Part shown: in pieces, positions 53,218 to 64,000 of the stretch | Position numbering within the stretch: position 1 is the first letter of the stretch | How the letters are laid out: each line of letters opens with the position of its first letter | NCBI GenBank assembly: GCA_020184695.1 | Contig: JAANOX010000243.1 | Coordinates: 682,001 to 746,000, forward strand | Length of the DNA stretch: 64,000 bases | Reading direction: 5' to 3' | Origin: Histomonas meleagridis 2922-C6/04-290x | Taxonomy: Eukaryota; Protista; Parabasalia | Position numbers and translations under genes: made by a program | Notes under the pieces: model-generated | Seen by the model: the letters and a program-made list of their open reading frames with translations, nothing else | What the model was told of the DNA's origin: nothing | Databases searched by the model: none

Positions 53218-54690
53218 CTAATTATCAGAAAACGTGCATGTTTCGCAATCCAAAATATTGCGAATAATATGCATCGCATGTCCAATTTCCGCACTATAGA
53301 ATTTCCCACTCTCAAAGCCAGTGTCAACAAACTTTTTCTTTATGTTGTCAAGAAATTCCACAACTGTTTCCCATTTATGACCAATTGTCAAAGCTCTTCC
53401 AGCAACAGCGTGAGGAAATCCATCATCAGATTGTTCGAGTGTCATCCACAATGGGAATTGTTCCACAAACCAATCCATCAATATTTGAGATCGATTTCCA
53501 TTTGGATCAATCAACCCATATATTTGTGGGAAAATCTGTGCCAATCCTTGTGGATGAAAAATAGACAAATTCCATTCACTATCCGCCTGATCAGCATGGT
53601 ACTTATAGAATTGGTGAACTTCACTCCACATAACCTCCTCAAATTTTTGAATGAGTCTGTTCGAATGTTGGTGAAATTCATCAGCTTTCGCATCATCATT
53701 AAAAACATTTCTGTAAATCCATTCAGCAGCAAGAAAGCCTGAATACACCTCGCTATTATCCATATTGTATTTAATGTGGTATGTGCTTTTAGCATAAGTA
53801 AGGCAATCATTGAGAATCTCAGGATTAGTTAGTACTGATGAAACAAGATCAATATCACTTCGATGTTCGATTAAGAAGTTATAATCATAAGAAAGATTAG
53901 CATAATGATAAAGGAGATTAAGGAATAATGCAGCATACGAATCTTCAGAATCCATTTCTTCATTTGTTGTAATTTCGTATTCAGGAACTTCTGAAATAAG
54001 TTGATAATAATAATCAAAAATACTACCAGCAACATATCTGTCTGTTAAGCCTTCCTTGTTGAGATGATTGAAATACCATTCACAGAATTTACGAACATTT
54101 TCATGATAAGATTGATTTCCAGTAACAAGGAGACCTTCAGCTGCTGTACAAGAAAAATAAGGAACAATTCGTGTTCGAGCATAGGTTAAAATTATATGAT
54201 CTAAAATAGCTCCATCTTCCATTTGAATTGTTTGTATGAATTGTGCCATACTTTCCATATAATTTTGATAATATGAGATATTGTGAGGGAATGTAAATTC
54301 AGGAGTTGGTTCTGGTTCAGACGTTGGTGATGGACCAGATGTTGGTTGCGGCTCTGGTTCAGACGATGGTTGTGGCTCTGGCTCATTTGAAATTTGATAT
54401 GTTGGAGAGGGTATCGGTTCTGTATCCTTAAAATCAGGATCTGATTTTGTTAGAGTGGTAGCAAGAACAATTGCTCCTACAATTACTATTACAGCAACTA
54501 CTATAGCTACAATAACTTTAATTAGAAAGCACTGTACAGAAGAGGGAGTTTTATTTTCGTCTGAACTGAAGCTTTCATCCATTAGTTCGTTGTAAACATA
54601 AGAAAAAAATGAATCACACACAATTATTTGAATGACTTTGAGTGGTTTCTCAAAATTACTGAAATTTGATGCGGTTAAATTCAACATCAT
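53218..54690 (-). CDS. Type II membrane protein: TM anchor, Pro/Glu/Ser stalk, six-hairpin glycosidase-like (alpha/alpha)6 domain
   Basis: 'VIVAIVVAVIVIVGAIVLA' TM segment, EPEPQP repeats, and a helical domain with 'DSEDSYAALFL' and 'YNMDNSEVYSGF'. The likely ATG is at 54582. Confidence 0.55.
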   Translation of the reverse strand: MMLNLTASNFSNFEKPLKVIQIIVCDSFFSYVYNELMDESFSSDENKTPSSVQCFLIKVIVAIVVAVIVIVGAIVLATTLTKSDPDFKDTEPIPSPTYQISNEPEPQPSSEPEPQPTSGPSPTSEPEPTPEFTFPHNISYYQNYMESMAQFIQTIQMEDGAILDHIILTYARTRIVPYFSCTAAEGLLVTGNQSYHENVRKFCEWYFNHLNKEGLTDRYVAGSIFDYYYQLISEVPEYEITTNEEMDSEDSYAALFLNLLYHYANLSYDYNFLIEHRSDIDLVSSVLTNPEILNDCLTYAKSTYHIKYNMDNSEVYSGFLAAEWIYRNVFNDDAKADEFHQHSNRLIQKFEEVMWSEVHQFYKYHADQADSEWNLSIFHPQGLAQIFPQIYGLIDPNGNRSQILMDWFVEQFPLWMTLEQSDDGFPHAVAGRALTIGHKWETVVEFLDNIKKKFVDTGFESGKFYSAEIGHAMHIIRNILDCETCTFSDN

Positions 54691-54819
54691 ACGATAGGCG
54701 ACCGTTTGGAAATTATTTCTTCACAAAAATACAAAATAAAATTTAATAATAATCAAAATATTCGACAGAAAAAAGATCCCGCGCAAGTACTTCTCATCGT
54801 AACATTTCCGGACACCAGA

Positions 54820-56106
54820 TCAAAGACCATTTCCACGTTGTCCGACTGCCGCCGATATAAATGAAGGTCGATTCATCAAAGGTAACACAGCAGCAGGTCT
54901 CATTGGCTGTATGTTTCTTTGTGACTTAATTGGGCATTCGTTCTTTACGATTCTTCTGCAGTTTCCGACAGGTAAAAACTTTCTGTTTGATTCTAATTTC
55001 ACATATGTCGCTTGTGGCTGTGGTGTTCTTGTGACTATTTTCTTAAATTGTAGTTCACTTAGCCCTTTCGCAAGCATATTGTTGAACTCTTCGCTTGTTT
55101 TCATCTTCTTTTTGATTAAATATGCAACGACAGTACTATCATTGTTCTCGCGTGAAAACAGCATTTGCTTTAGGTTCGAAGTATCCAATCCCAACGCGCT
55201 GAGCTCATTGGAAATACTTTGGTCAAAACCGTCGAAGGAGCCGTTATAGTTTTCCCAACGTTTGACAAAGTGCGAAAGGTTTTGGTACTCGCTAAGTGAA
55301 AACCAAGGATGTTCTTTGATCTTATCAATGGTGATACGTGCTTCAGGTTGTTTAATTAACATTTTCTTGATAAGATCTGTTAGTGATGGTGATAAATCAG
55401 TAGGAAAAACTATGGGAGAATAAGCAATGTTATTAAGAAGTGTTTGTAGATCTTCGTTTTTAAATGGAAGATTACCTACAACTAATGCATACAATAAAAT
55501 TCCGGCACTCCATATCTCGGCTGCAATGGTATAGCTCTGACCTGTAATCATCTCGGGAGCTACATAAGCAGGTGTGCCACACATTGTCTTGAAATATTCA
55601 TCTTCTTCTTGGAATGTATGGCATAAACCAAAATCGATAACTCGAATGTTAAAATATTGGTCTAACAATATGTTCTCGGGCTTGAGGTCTCTGTGAATGA
55701 CTTTGACTTCTTTGTGTAGGTACTCAAGGACAGTTATTATTTGTGTGAAAAATTTACGTGCTATTGGCTCAATTACTCTTCCTCTTGTATTTACAAACTT
55801 TAAAAGATCCCCGTTAGGTGCATATTCGATGACAATGTAGTGGAAGTTTTCATCTTGCAAGTATTGAAAAAATTGTGAAATTAAAGGATGGCTTATTTTT
55901 TGCAGTACAGATATCTCGCATATTAGTCTTTTTTGTAAATTTTCTTTTTTAATTTTTGCTTTTGAGATACATTTTATGGCAACCAAATCTTTTGTCACGT
56001 TATGTCTTGCTTTCCATATAGCTGCTGAAGAACCATAATCGATAGGTTCTATAAACTGAAAATCGCCTACGCACTCGGGAATCTTTGCAAAGTAGTCAGA
56101 GCTCAT
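54820..56106 (-). CDS. CAMK-group (AMPK/CAMKL-like) Ser/Thr protein kinase
   Basis: VAIK, HRDLKPEN, DFG, 'TMCGTPAYVAPE', 'IWSAGILLYALVVGNLPF'. Confidence 0.95.
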   Translation of the reverse strand: MSSDYFAKIPECVGDFQFIEPIDYGSSAAIWKARHNVTKDLVAIKCISKAKIKKENLQKRLICEISVLQKISHPLISQFFQYLQDENFHYIVIEYAPNGDLLKFVNTRGRVIEPIARKFFTQIITVLEYLHKEVKVIHRDLKPENILLDQYFNIRVIDFGLCHTFQEEDEYFKTMCGTPAYVAPEMITGQSYTIAAEIWSAGILLYALVVGNLPFKNEDLQTLLNNIAYSPIVFPTDLSPSLTDLIKKMLIKQPEARITIDKIKEHPWFSLSEYQNLSHFVKRWENYNGSFDGFDQSISNELSALGLDTSNLKQMLFSRENNDSTVVAYLIKKKMKTSEEFNNMLAKGLSELQFKKIVTRTPQPQATYVKLESNRKFLPVGNCRRIVKNECPIKSQRNIQPMRPAAVLPLMNRPSFISAAVGQRGNGL

Positions 56107-57132
56107 TCTAGAAAAAATTTTTGAATGGATTCAATTTGACTCGCGCATTGACGTATCAAATATATAGAGATAAAAAATGGTAAAAATCGGATATAGCTTT
56201 AAATAACATAGAAACAAATTTGTAATTATACTAAACGAGAACACGATAATTTAATATATCTGAATTGGAGATAAATACATTAAAATTCATCAAGATATTT
56301 GCTAAAGAATCTGGAGCGTATTTGTGATTATCTCGCAAACTTTTCAATGGAGTTCTCTGAATTTTGAATATATTTAAATATCAGATAACATGTTTAGGCA
56401 AATATATACATGAAAAAAACAGGTGTATATCATAAAAATATAAATTCTTGAAAAAAATAAAGTGCCCTATTCATTTTCTTTCTAACGTGATATCAAATAA
56501 TAAAAATAATGAAAAATTTTCGATTCATAAAAATCATTAATAAATAGTATGTGCCTCTTTCATTTAATATCAATTCATTCGAGCATGCTCCTCAAAAAAG
56601 TACACGTTATGCTATTTTAGGAAAGATCTTAAAATTCGTAGTGAAGAAGCAAATTGGTTAACAGCATTTCAATTGATGGAAAAGTTGAAATTTTTCAATT
56701 CATTTTTGCTGCATTAGTTCAAAAAGCTTGATGTTTTTTTTATTTCCAAAGAAATTAAAAAACGGACTATAATTGAGGCTATGGTTACATCAAAGAGTTC
56801 AAGCTTTGGCTACCACCAGAAGCTAAGCTACTAATGGTTTTTAACAAATAATTTCAAAGAATAACAATATGTTAATTTCAAACATTGTTTTTCTCCTCAA
56901 TTTAATCCGAATTGCATTGTTTTAAATTCGCCTTTAGAAGCTCGTTAGCTCATAGTTGACACCAAATTTATTAGGAATAAATGTTTTAGATTAATTGTTT
57001 TGGATTTATAAATCAAGTGCACTTGATTATTTTTTCTATATTTCTTTACTCTGGGCCTCTGTTTCATGGTCTCATGACCGAAGTGCTATCTTTGTTTGTC
57101 TTTAAAAGATTTTTAGATCAAAAAAATTTTTT

Positions 57133-58980
57133 TTGTACGTTTATTTTTACCGCCAATATTTTTTGATGAAAAATCAAGGGTTTCAATTTGCGAACAAAAA
57201 AAATGTTCATGACCTTCAAATAAGAGCATCTCAGATAATTGATGTTTCAAATTCTCATTTAACATCACTTGCTGGTCTTCCATCTCCAAATATCATCAAA
57301 AATTTGCTGGCTTCTAATAATAACATTGAAATTATAGAAGAAGAACAACTTAGATACTGCAAGTCAATTGTAAATTTAGACTTATCATCCAACCAAATTT
57401 CAAAAATTGAAAATTTATTTTATCTAACACACCTTCACGTTCTGAATTTATCAAAGAATTTAATTACTGTTTTGGAGAATTTAGAAGGGAATACGAACCT
57501 ACGACAATTGGATGTATCTGATAATCAAATTTCTTCAATTTTTATTCGTTCTCCACTTCCCAAACTTGTAATTCTAGATCTTAGCGGTAACAAAATTCGA
57601 AGGCTCCTTGGTTTAAATTCTTTCCCGTGTTTATCAACACTTAAAATTGAAAGATGTCAACTTATTTCTCTTTCTGGGCTTCAACAACTTCTTAACCTCA
57701 GAAGGATTTGTGCATCCTCCAATTCCATCAGTAATTTCCCACCATTTTATCTTCCACTTCTTTCACATATTGATGTTTCCCTTAATAGTTTAACATCATT
57801 AACGCCATTTGGACAATTTCAATCACTTGTTCGCTTAGACATATCACAAAATCCAATTAGTGATGAAGGACTTCAAATCAACACCGTGTTTAATGAAATG
57901 AAAGAGTTTAGAGCAAATTACACAAATATTTCAGATCCATCACTTATTGCAAATTTTGCTCCTAACATTGTTGTTATATCAATAACTTCATCTAAAATAA
58001 CATCAATTGAAAAGGTTCAATTACTTATACAAAAATTACCTTCTTTAAAATCCATTGATACTCGAAATAATCCAATTAATTCCGATATTTATCCAGATGT
58101 TAATAATGTTAATAATCGAAATGAAGAAAAGAATTTTCCAGAATATGAAAATGAAGAAGAATATTATAAATTATATCCTGAAAAAGAAAATGAAATACGT
58201 AAATATCGAAATACAATTTTAGGAACTAATTCATTAGGAATTGCTATTTTAGATGGAATTGGAATTAATGGAACTTCAAAAGATGCAAAATTCACATTTT
58301 CTTTCATTGAAGAATCACAAATCGAATCATTCATTGAATCTCAATTTGTTGAACCTGTTCAACAACAAAATAAAGAAACGAATACACAAAATGAGTTTGA
58401 AATTTTTAATGAACCACATTATATCGAAAAAGGAATGCAAACTGATTTCAACAATGAATTCATTGATAATGGAATTCAAAATGATTTAATTCATAACGAA
58501 ATATCAAACAATCAAAGTTATTCCAATTCAGAAGTTTTATGTGAAAGCGGTGATTTGTTTGATATAGGTGAAATCCAAAGTAATTCTTCAACTATTAATT
58601 ATGATATCGATAAATTTAGTGCTGCAACTGATCTTGATGATGAATTATTTAATAAAATTAATGTTCGTAATAATTTTTCGAAAGTTAATAAAAACCAAAA
58701 ATTACATCCTGAAAATCCAAAATTACAAACTTATGATGATGATATCATAAGGAATAGAGGCGGATGTTCATTTTGGGTTCCATTGGATGTAAAACCAAAA
58801 CGGAAATCAAGAACACAAAATTTAAATAATGAATATAAACAAAAACCAAAACATTTAGGAATATCATATCCATTCAATACGAAATCAGAAAGAAGACTTC
58901 CTTGGGATAAAGAAACAGAACAGAAAAAGACAATGCATCCAACGAAAAGATTTCATGCAAGAAAAACTTATTTTAATTGA
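57133..58980 (+). CDS. Leucine-rich repeat protein (SDS22-like LRRs) with a disordered C-terminus
   Basis: Repeated LxxLxLSxNxI (LDLSSNQISKIENL, LNLSKNLITVLENL, LDVSDNQIS) and an LRR cap 'IDTRNNPI'. Confidence 0.85.
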   Translation: MYVYFYRQYFLMKNQGFQFANKKNVHDLQIRASQIIDVSNSHLTSLAGLPSPNIIKNLLASNNNIEIIEEEQLRYCKSIVNLDLSSNQISKIENLFYLTHLHVLNLSKNLITVLENLEGNTNLRQLDVSDNQISSIFIRSPLPKLVILDLSGNKIRRLLGLNSFPCLSTLKIERCQLISLSGLQQLLNLRRICASSNSISNFPPFYLPLLSHIDVSLNSLTSLTPFGQFQSLVRLDISQNPISDEGLQINTVFNEMKEFRANYTNISDPSLIANFAPNIVVISITSSKITSIEKVQLLIQKLPSLKSIDTRNNPINSDIYPDVNNVNNRNEEKNFPEYENEEEYYKLYPEKENEIRKYRNTILGTNSLGIAILDGIGINGTSKDAKFTFSFIEESQIESFIESQFVEPVQQQNKETNTQNEFEIFNEPHYIEKGMQTDFNNEFIDNGIQNDLIHNEISNNQSYSNSEVLCESGDLFDIGEIQSNSSTINYDIDKFSAATDLDDELFNKINVRNNFSKVNKNQKLHPENPKLQTYDDDIIRNRGGCSFWVPLDVKPKRKSRTQNLNNEYKQKPKHLGISYPFNTKSERRLPWDKETEQKKTMHPTKRFHARKTYFN

Positions 58981-59047
58981 ATAAATGTAATATATATTTG
59001 TTAAGTAAATAAAAAAAAATTTTTTTAAATACACTTAAATTTTTATT

Positions 59048-61411
59048 TTAAAATATATCACAGCTACTATTGTTTTGATTTAATCCTGTTTTGTTATATT
59101 TTTCAAAAATACGAACAACATCAAATTTTCCTTTTCTTCCTGCCATTTGAACTGCGGTAAAATAAGCAAAAAATAAACACCAAAATTATTAAACAAACAG
59201 AAAACATAAAAAACAAATTTCAATTTCTATATCTGTATTTACATTTGGACATTGTAAAAGTATTTCAACTTTTTCTGCTAAGCCAAGTTCTGATGCTAAA
59301 AACAAAGGTGTTTTAAATATCACAAAAAAATTCCATTTTTAAACAAATTAAAAAAAACATCAATTGGATTCATATCAATTCCATCTATTTTAATCAAATT
59401 AATGATCGAATTATTTGACCAGTTACAAGCAGCATAATGAAGAGGAGTTTGAGAAATATAAATAGAATTAGATTTACATCTTTTGCATTAAAATCAAATC
59501 TTTTGTCTTGAAATATGAAATCAGGAACATCTTCTTGTTGCTGAAACAAATAATGAAGTGGAGTTTTTCCATTTGAATCTTTTACATTTACATCAATATC
59601 CTTTCTATCAAGAACTTGATGAAGTATATCATAAAACGATGAATCTTCACATAATAAATGTAAAATTGTATAAAAACCAAAAGAACTTTTCCATCATCAA
59701 ATACTTCATTAATATTATATCTATCAGAACTAATAATTAAATTAATCTCATAAAGATATTTCTGTGAGAAAGCAAGTTTAATTGCTTTTTTATCATTTAT
59801 ATCTATTTTTGGATTATCAACTAATAACTTTATTACATCATCAGAATGAGTTTTTGTAGCAAAACAAAACACATTTTTGGTGTCAATCAAATTATGATTA
59901 AGTAATGCATTAATATGTTCTAATTTATTTGATTCTATAGCAAGTAAAAGAGGTGTATAACCATCTTCATCAGTAACATTAGGATTAATATTAGGATCTT
60001 CTAAAAGGCGTTTTAAAATATCAGCAGATTCCAATGAAATTGATTCACTTAATGCAGATATATCACCAGCATCTAAGTGATTAATATCAATTTTATTCTT
60101 TAACAATATAGAATCAATAACATTTAAATGATTATTCCTTACAGCAATATGAATTGCAGAAGCTCCATATGCATCATATAAATCCATTTTTACTTGTGGT
60201 AATGATAAAAGAAAGTTTACAATTGTTATTTCTCCAACTTCAGCGGCATAAATAAGTGGTGTTTCAAAACATTTAAATAAATTTTAAAACGAAAAATAGA
60301 ACTTTTTTAAAAATAAAAAAGAAATATTTCGTGCATTAAAATCAAATCTTTTATCAGATGCAAATATTTCAAGAATTTCTAATTGAGAATAATGTATAGC
60401 TTCAAAAATTAACATATTTAATGAACCATTAACATATTTTAACAAATAATTTAATGCTTCAATACAACCATTTCGAATTGCATTTTGTAAAGCATTAATT
60501 ATATCTTCATTAGTTACTTTAAATTGTTTAAAAACATATGTTATAAGTTCAATATTATTTGATCTTGCAGCAAAGATAAAATATGTTTGATAATTAACAT
60601 TATTATCATCTATTAACCATCGTAAAATTTCTAGATAATGATAAAAAGCTGCTTGTTCGCATGCAGTATTTATATCGTATTGAAACGATTCGCATAAATG
60701 TATAATTTCTGTGTTGCCACCAGAAATTGCATATGACATAAGATCATTCCCATTTGAATCTTTGATTTCAGCACTTTCCGAATTTAATAAAATAAATTTA
60801 AAGCAATTAATTGAACCAAAGAATGCAGCACATTGTATTAATGTAGGTGTAGAACTAAAGAAAATAGATGTTACATTATTATTTGGAAGAGATTTTGTTA
60901 AATCAAATCCTGCTTGAGATGATAGAATTTGTAAATCTTCAACTTTATCATGATATAATATATATAATATATCATTTTTGTCTTCTTCGAAATTTAATAA
61001 ATTTTTTAATTTTTCAATATCATCTTTAGTAAAATTCATTTCTTTTAATCCTAGTGAATCAAACATGTTCTTCATTGAAGTAAAATGCTCCGATTCAGGC
61101 CTTTCTATTAAAATTGATTTAATTTTTTTATTAATAATTAAAGAAATATCAATATCAGAAATATTTTCTTTTTGAATGTTGATAATTTCTATTAAAAAAT
61201 TACATAAAATTTCTGATTTTTTAGGTCTTAATTGAAAAGCCCATAACACTTGATCAAACAATTGGGAAAATAATTTTTCATCTTTGAAATAATTTTTGTT
61301 GATTAACATATCCAATGTTTCCAAATAATTTGTTTTATCAATCTCAAGTAAAGATTTTTGTAGATATATTATTTCATCAATTCCTTGATTTCTAGAGCAC
61401 ATTTCCTCCAT
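59048..61411 (-). CDS. DUF3447-ankyrin gene, locus 4. It is intact apart from five T-rich spacers at ankyrin loops.
   Basis: Open segments 61411-60326, 60262-59687, 59669-59478, 59448-59359, 59311-59219 and 59158-59048 all encode ankyrin modules without stops. Spacers are 63, 17, 29, 47 and 60 nt. Confidence 0.7.
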
Positions 61412-61553
61412 TTTTCTCGTAAAAAACTGACACTAATTTCAATTAAATTTTATCGTAAATTATTTATCGCCTTTTTTACAAAAATACGTTAAGTAATTTC
61501 ACTTTTATCAAAAAACGGTGGATTGAGACCGTTAATCACACTTCAGTGTACCA

Positions 61554-62456
61554 ATGGAGCAAAATGATCTATGGAGTGTAGATGGATCATTCACACGTAA
61601 CTACACGATGTTTGGGTTGCTTGTCATAGTGTTATTTTGCATCCTTTGGTTTATTAACATATGGAAAATTACAGTAATCTTGTTATTCATTTTATCTATT
61701 TTCTTTTACTTTGAATATACGTTACACATACAAATTGACTCAGTTTTATCAAATCCAGATATTCAGCTAAACAGACGCAAAGCAATATTTGGAATGTTTT
61801 TTTTCGTAATCACATCAATATTTTGTTTTTTACTACTTATTAATCATTTCGGAATTGAATCTCTTGATCACAATGATTTTTCACTCACTTCAGCATATAT
61901 CAAATCACTTCTAGTTTCATTATTTTTATTTTGTCTTTTTTTATCATTTAAATTACTATTAATTGGCTTTAACATAATTACAGTTCTTCAAATAAAACGA
62001 GGTTTCTTTGCAATTTGGCATCGCCTTACCGTCATAATTCGGGGAATTTTTGTAACAAGTTTTTGGCTTAATTTTTTCCAACAATCAGACAGTATTACTC
62101 TAAGTGATTTTATTTATGGGAAAGAATCACATATTTCCAAAATATATCTTATTACTAAATTTTTTTATTTTGCCCAACTTGTTTGGGATTTAGATGGTGC
62201 ACGACAAGCATTCATTGCTTCAAGAGCGAAGCTTTTCTCTCAATGCACATCACCCAATGAATGTCAGATTTGTGGCAAAAAGTGCCAAGCGCCCGTTAAA
62301 CTTATGTGCCAACATATCTTTTGCCAAGATTGCATACAAAATGCACTCAACGACAGACCCTTTTGTCCTGTTTGCCAGACGCCGCCCATAGACAATCTTA
62401 AATATGCTGTTTTTGATGGTTATACATCGTTTTCAGCAATTTTTTCATGTTTTTAA
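61554..62456 (+). CDS. RNFT-like multi-pass membrane RING-finger E3 ligase
   Basis: Several TM segments followed by a C3HC4 RING 'CQIC...CQHIFCQDC...CPVC'. Confidence 0.75.
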   Translation: MEQNDLWSVDGSFTRNYTMFGLLVIVLFCILWFINIWKITVILLFILSIFFYFEYTLHIQIDSVLSNPDIQLNRRKAIFGMFFFVITSIFCFLLLINHFGIESLDHNDFSLTSAYIKSLLVSLFLFCLFLSFKLLLIGFNIITVLQIKRGFFAIWHRLTVIIRGIFVTSFWLNFFQQSDSITLSDFIYGKESHISKIYLITKFFYFAQLVWDLDGARQAFIASRAKLFSQCTSPNECQICGKKCQAPVKLMCQHIFCQDCIQNALNDRPFCPVCQTPPIDNLKYAVFDGYTSFSAIFSCF

Positions 62457-62482
62457 AAACGTTAGAATTTTTATTGATAATT

Positions 62483-63712
62483 TTATATTCTGCCTTTTAA
62501 TGCTTCCTTTGCTTGTTTTCTTTTTTGTTGCTCTAAGATTGCAATTTGTTCATCCATTGCATTCATTCGAGCTTCGATTTTAGATAACATTTTTGATAAG
62601 ACAGCAATTTGATCTGTGATTTCATGCATAATTGATACATATCGACGCATGTTATCAACCCCTTCGTATTTAATTTCTGTTGGGGCTGATTCTGGTATTG
62701 GTTCTGGCTTAGGCTCAGGTGGAATCGTCTCATTCCATTTCCCGAGTTTTTCACGGGTTTTTGATCGTTGATTTTTGTTAACGGTCTCCGGTATCGGTGG
62801 TTTGATGTCAACGATCGGCGCATCCCACAAAACGACACGATGATCATTACCAACAGAAGAAAACACGCTTCCATCTGGTGACCAAGCAACGTTTATTACA
62901 TCTGATGTATGACATTGTAATGTATAAATAGGATTTATAGTATCTCCATTACAAATGCAAATTGAACCATCTGAAGATGATACAAGTAATAAAGATTGTG
63001 TTGGATGAAATGAAACTGATGTGACTTTGCTTTGAAAGAGTGTGGAATTGTTTAAAACTTGTTGACTTCGACAATCCCAAAGAACAACAGAACCATTTTC
63101 GAGGCCAATAGCAATTGAATTTCCTGTTTGACGAATAGATGTTGATGTAATGTTTGATTTTACAGTAAAGGAATGTGCCATTTCGCCACTTCGAAGATCA
63201 AATAATCTACATATTCCAGTTTCTGAGCCTGTAAGTGCAAGAAGACCATCAGATGAAATAGAAACACTGTCGACACCATCTTTTTGGTTAGGAATTTGAA
63301 TAATATTTTCGATTTTTCGAGGATCCCAAACACTTACATTTCCATTACGAGTTCCAATAAGAAGTTTGTCAAAGCTTGGTGTAAGATCAATAGAAGAAAT
63401 TTCTGATTTCATGTTGATTGAAAAGGAATCATTTTCTTCATTACATATCCAAATACGCACAGTTCCATCTTTGCTACCAGAAACTAATTGATTTTGTTCA
63501 ATACCTGCGGTAATGCAGGTTATCGAATCCTTGTGTCCAAAAAGTCTTTTAGCTTTTGTATTTGAATTTGCTGGAAGAATTACAACTGTTCCATTCGAAA
63601 GTCCTGTCGCAATATATTGTGAACCAAAAAATGGACACGCGCAAGTAGGTTGTTGTTTTTGTATGGCAAACGATTTTCGAAGTGTTGGTTCGCGTGTTTC
63701 CATTTTTTTCAT
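62483..63712 (-). CDS. POC1: POC1-like centriolar protein (WD40 + C-terminal Poc1 coiled coil)
   Basis: Seven WD40 repeats and 'IMHEITDQIAVLSKMLSKIEARMNAMDEQI', resembling the Poc1 motif. Confidence 0.7.
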   Translation of the reverse strand: MKKMETREPTLRKSFAIQKQQPTCACPFFGSQYIATGLSNGTVVILPANSNTKAKRLFGHKDSITCITAGIEQNQLVSGSKDGTVRIWICNEENDSFSINMKSEISSIDLTPSFDKLLIGTRNGNVSVWDPRKIENIIQIPNQKDGVDSVSISSDGLLALTGSETGICRLFDLRSGEMAHSFTVKSNITSTSIRQTGNSIAIGLENGSVVLWDCRSQQVLNNSTLFQSKVTSVSFHPTQSLLLVSSSDGSICICNGDTINPIYTLQCHTSDVINVAWSPDGSVFSSVGNDHRVVLWDAPIVDIKPPIPETVNKNQRSKTREKLGKWNETIPPEPKPEPIPESAPTEIKYEGVDNMRRYVSIMHEITDQIAVLSKMLSKIEARMNAMDEQIAILEQQKRKQAKEALKGRI

Positions 63713-64000
63713 TTTATTAATAAACGTATTTCTTTTTACCCTTAAGCGAAAAATTAAACGGTCTCCGAATTTTGATACTTTTTTGTATCATTAAATACTA
63801 AAATTGAGAAAAATGAAATGCAATGGAAAAAATTGTTCCTATTAAACAATTAATGAATTTAATATTTAAAAAAGTTATTTTGCAAATTATATTCCACTTA
63901 TTATTATTGATAAAAAGTTTTATTTGCAGAAAAGAATTTTTTACTCATTTTCAAAAGTACCTGTAAATTCGATTGCCACTGATATCATTTGTTTCATTTT

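Noticed and set aside
56200-57100. Possible decayed gene fragments in AT-rich gaps (also 35700-36170 and 42100-43170)
   Set aside because: No recognisable motif or sustained frame could be supported by eye.
213-63712. A ciliary/centriolar gene cluster (IFT122, DZIP1-like, POC1)
   Set aside because: The genes are tens of kb apart among unrelated genes, which is expected by chance in a flagellate.

Overview
AT-rich, gene-dense eukaryotic DNA with very short intergenic regions. It is most consistent with a parabasalid (trichomonad, Tritrichomonas-like), based on DUF3447-ankyrin paralogues, trichomonad M3/M5-type promoter motifs and a mariner element; this assignment is an inference. Recognisable genes: IFT122, UTP6, RPL26, RFC1, a CLASP-like HEAT protein, UBL5/HUB1, dolichol kinase, NAD(P)HX epimerase, TSR1, a PAP2 phosphatase, WDR11-like, DZIP1-like, a CAMK-type kinase, an LRR protein, an RNFT-like RING protein and POC1, plus tRNA-Gln(TTG) and tRNA-Ser(AGA). 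The most striking signal is in five DUF3447/ankyrin loci (about 4.2-6.7, 10.2-10.4, 25.4-27.8, 45.5-47.7 and 59.0-61.4 kb). In them, stop-free ankyrin modules of about 30 codons are separated, always at the same loop position, by 27 T-rich spacers that break the reading frame. Most spacers are multiples of a ~20-nt unit (20/40/60/80/100 nt; 16 are exactly 80 nt). They share boundary motifs and lack canonical GT-AG/branch signals. This could be a non-canonical intron class, translational bypassing or a cassette system; tandemly amplified pseudogene debris is not excluded. Other notable items: a near-perfect 6x23-aa repeat protein (possible symmetric tubby-like barrel), a prokaryote-like cDPGS/COG2403-GTPase + DUF6602-type nuclease fusion with a possible hydrogenosomal leader, a DD31D mariner and a pseudo-GTPase on a 40-bp bidirectional promoter. 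All coordinates and counts were read by hand; no searches were run.
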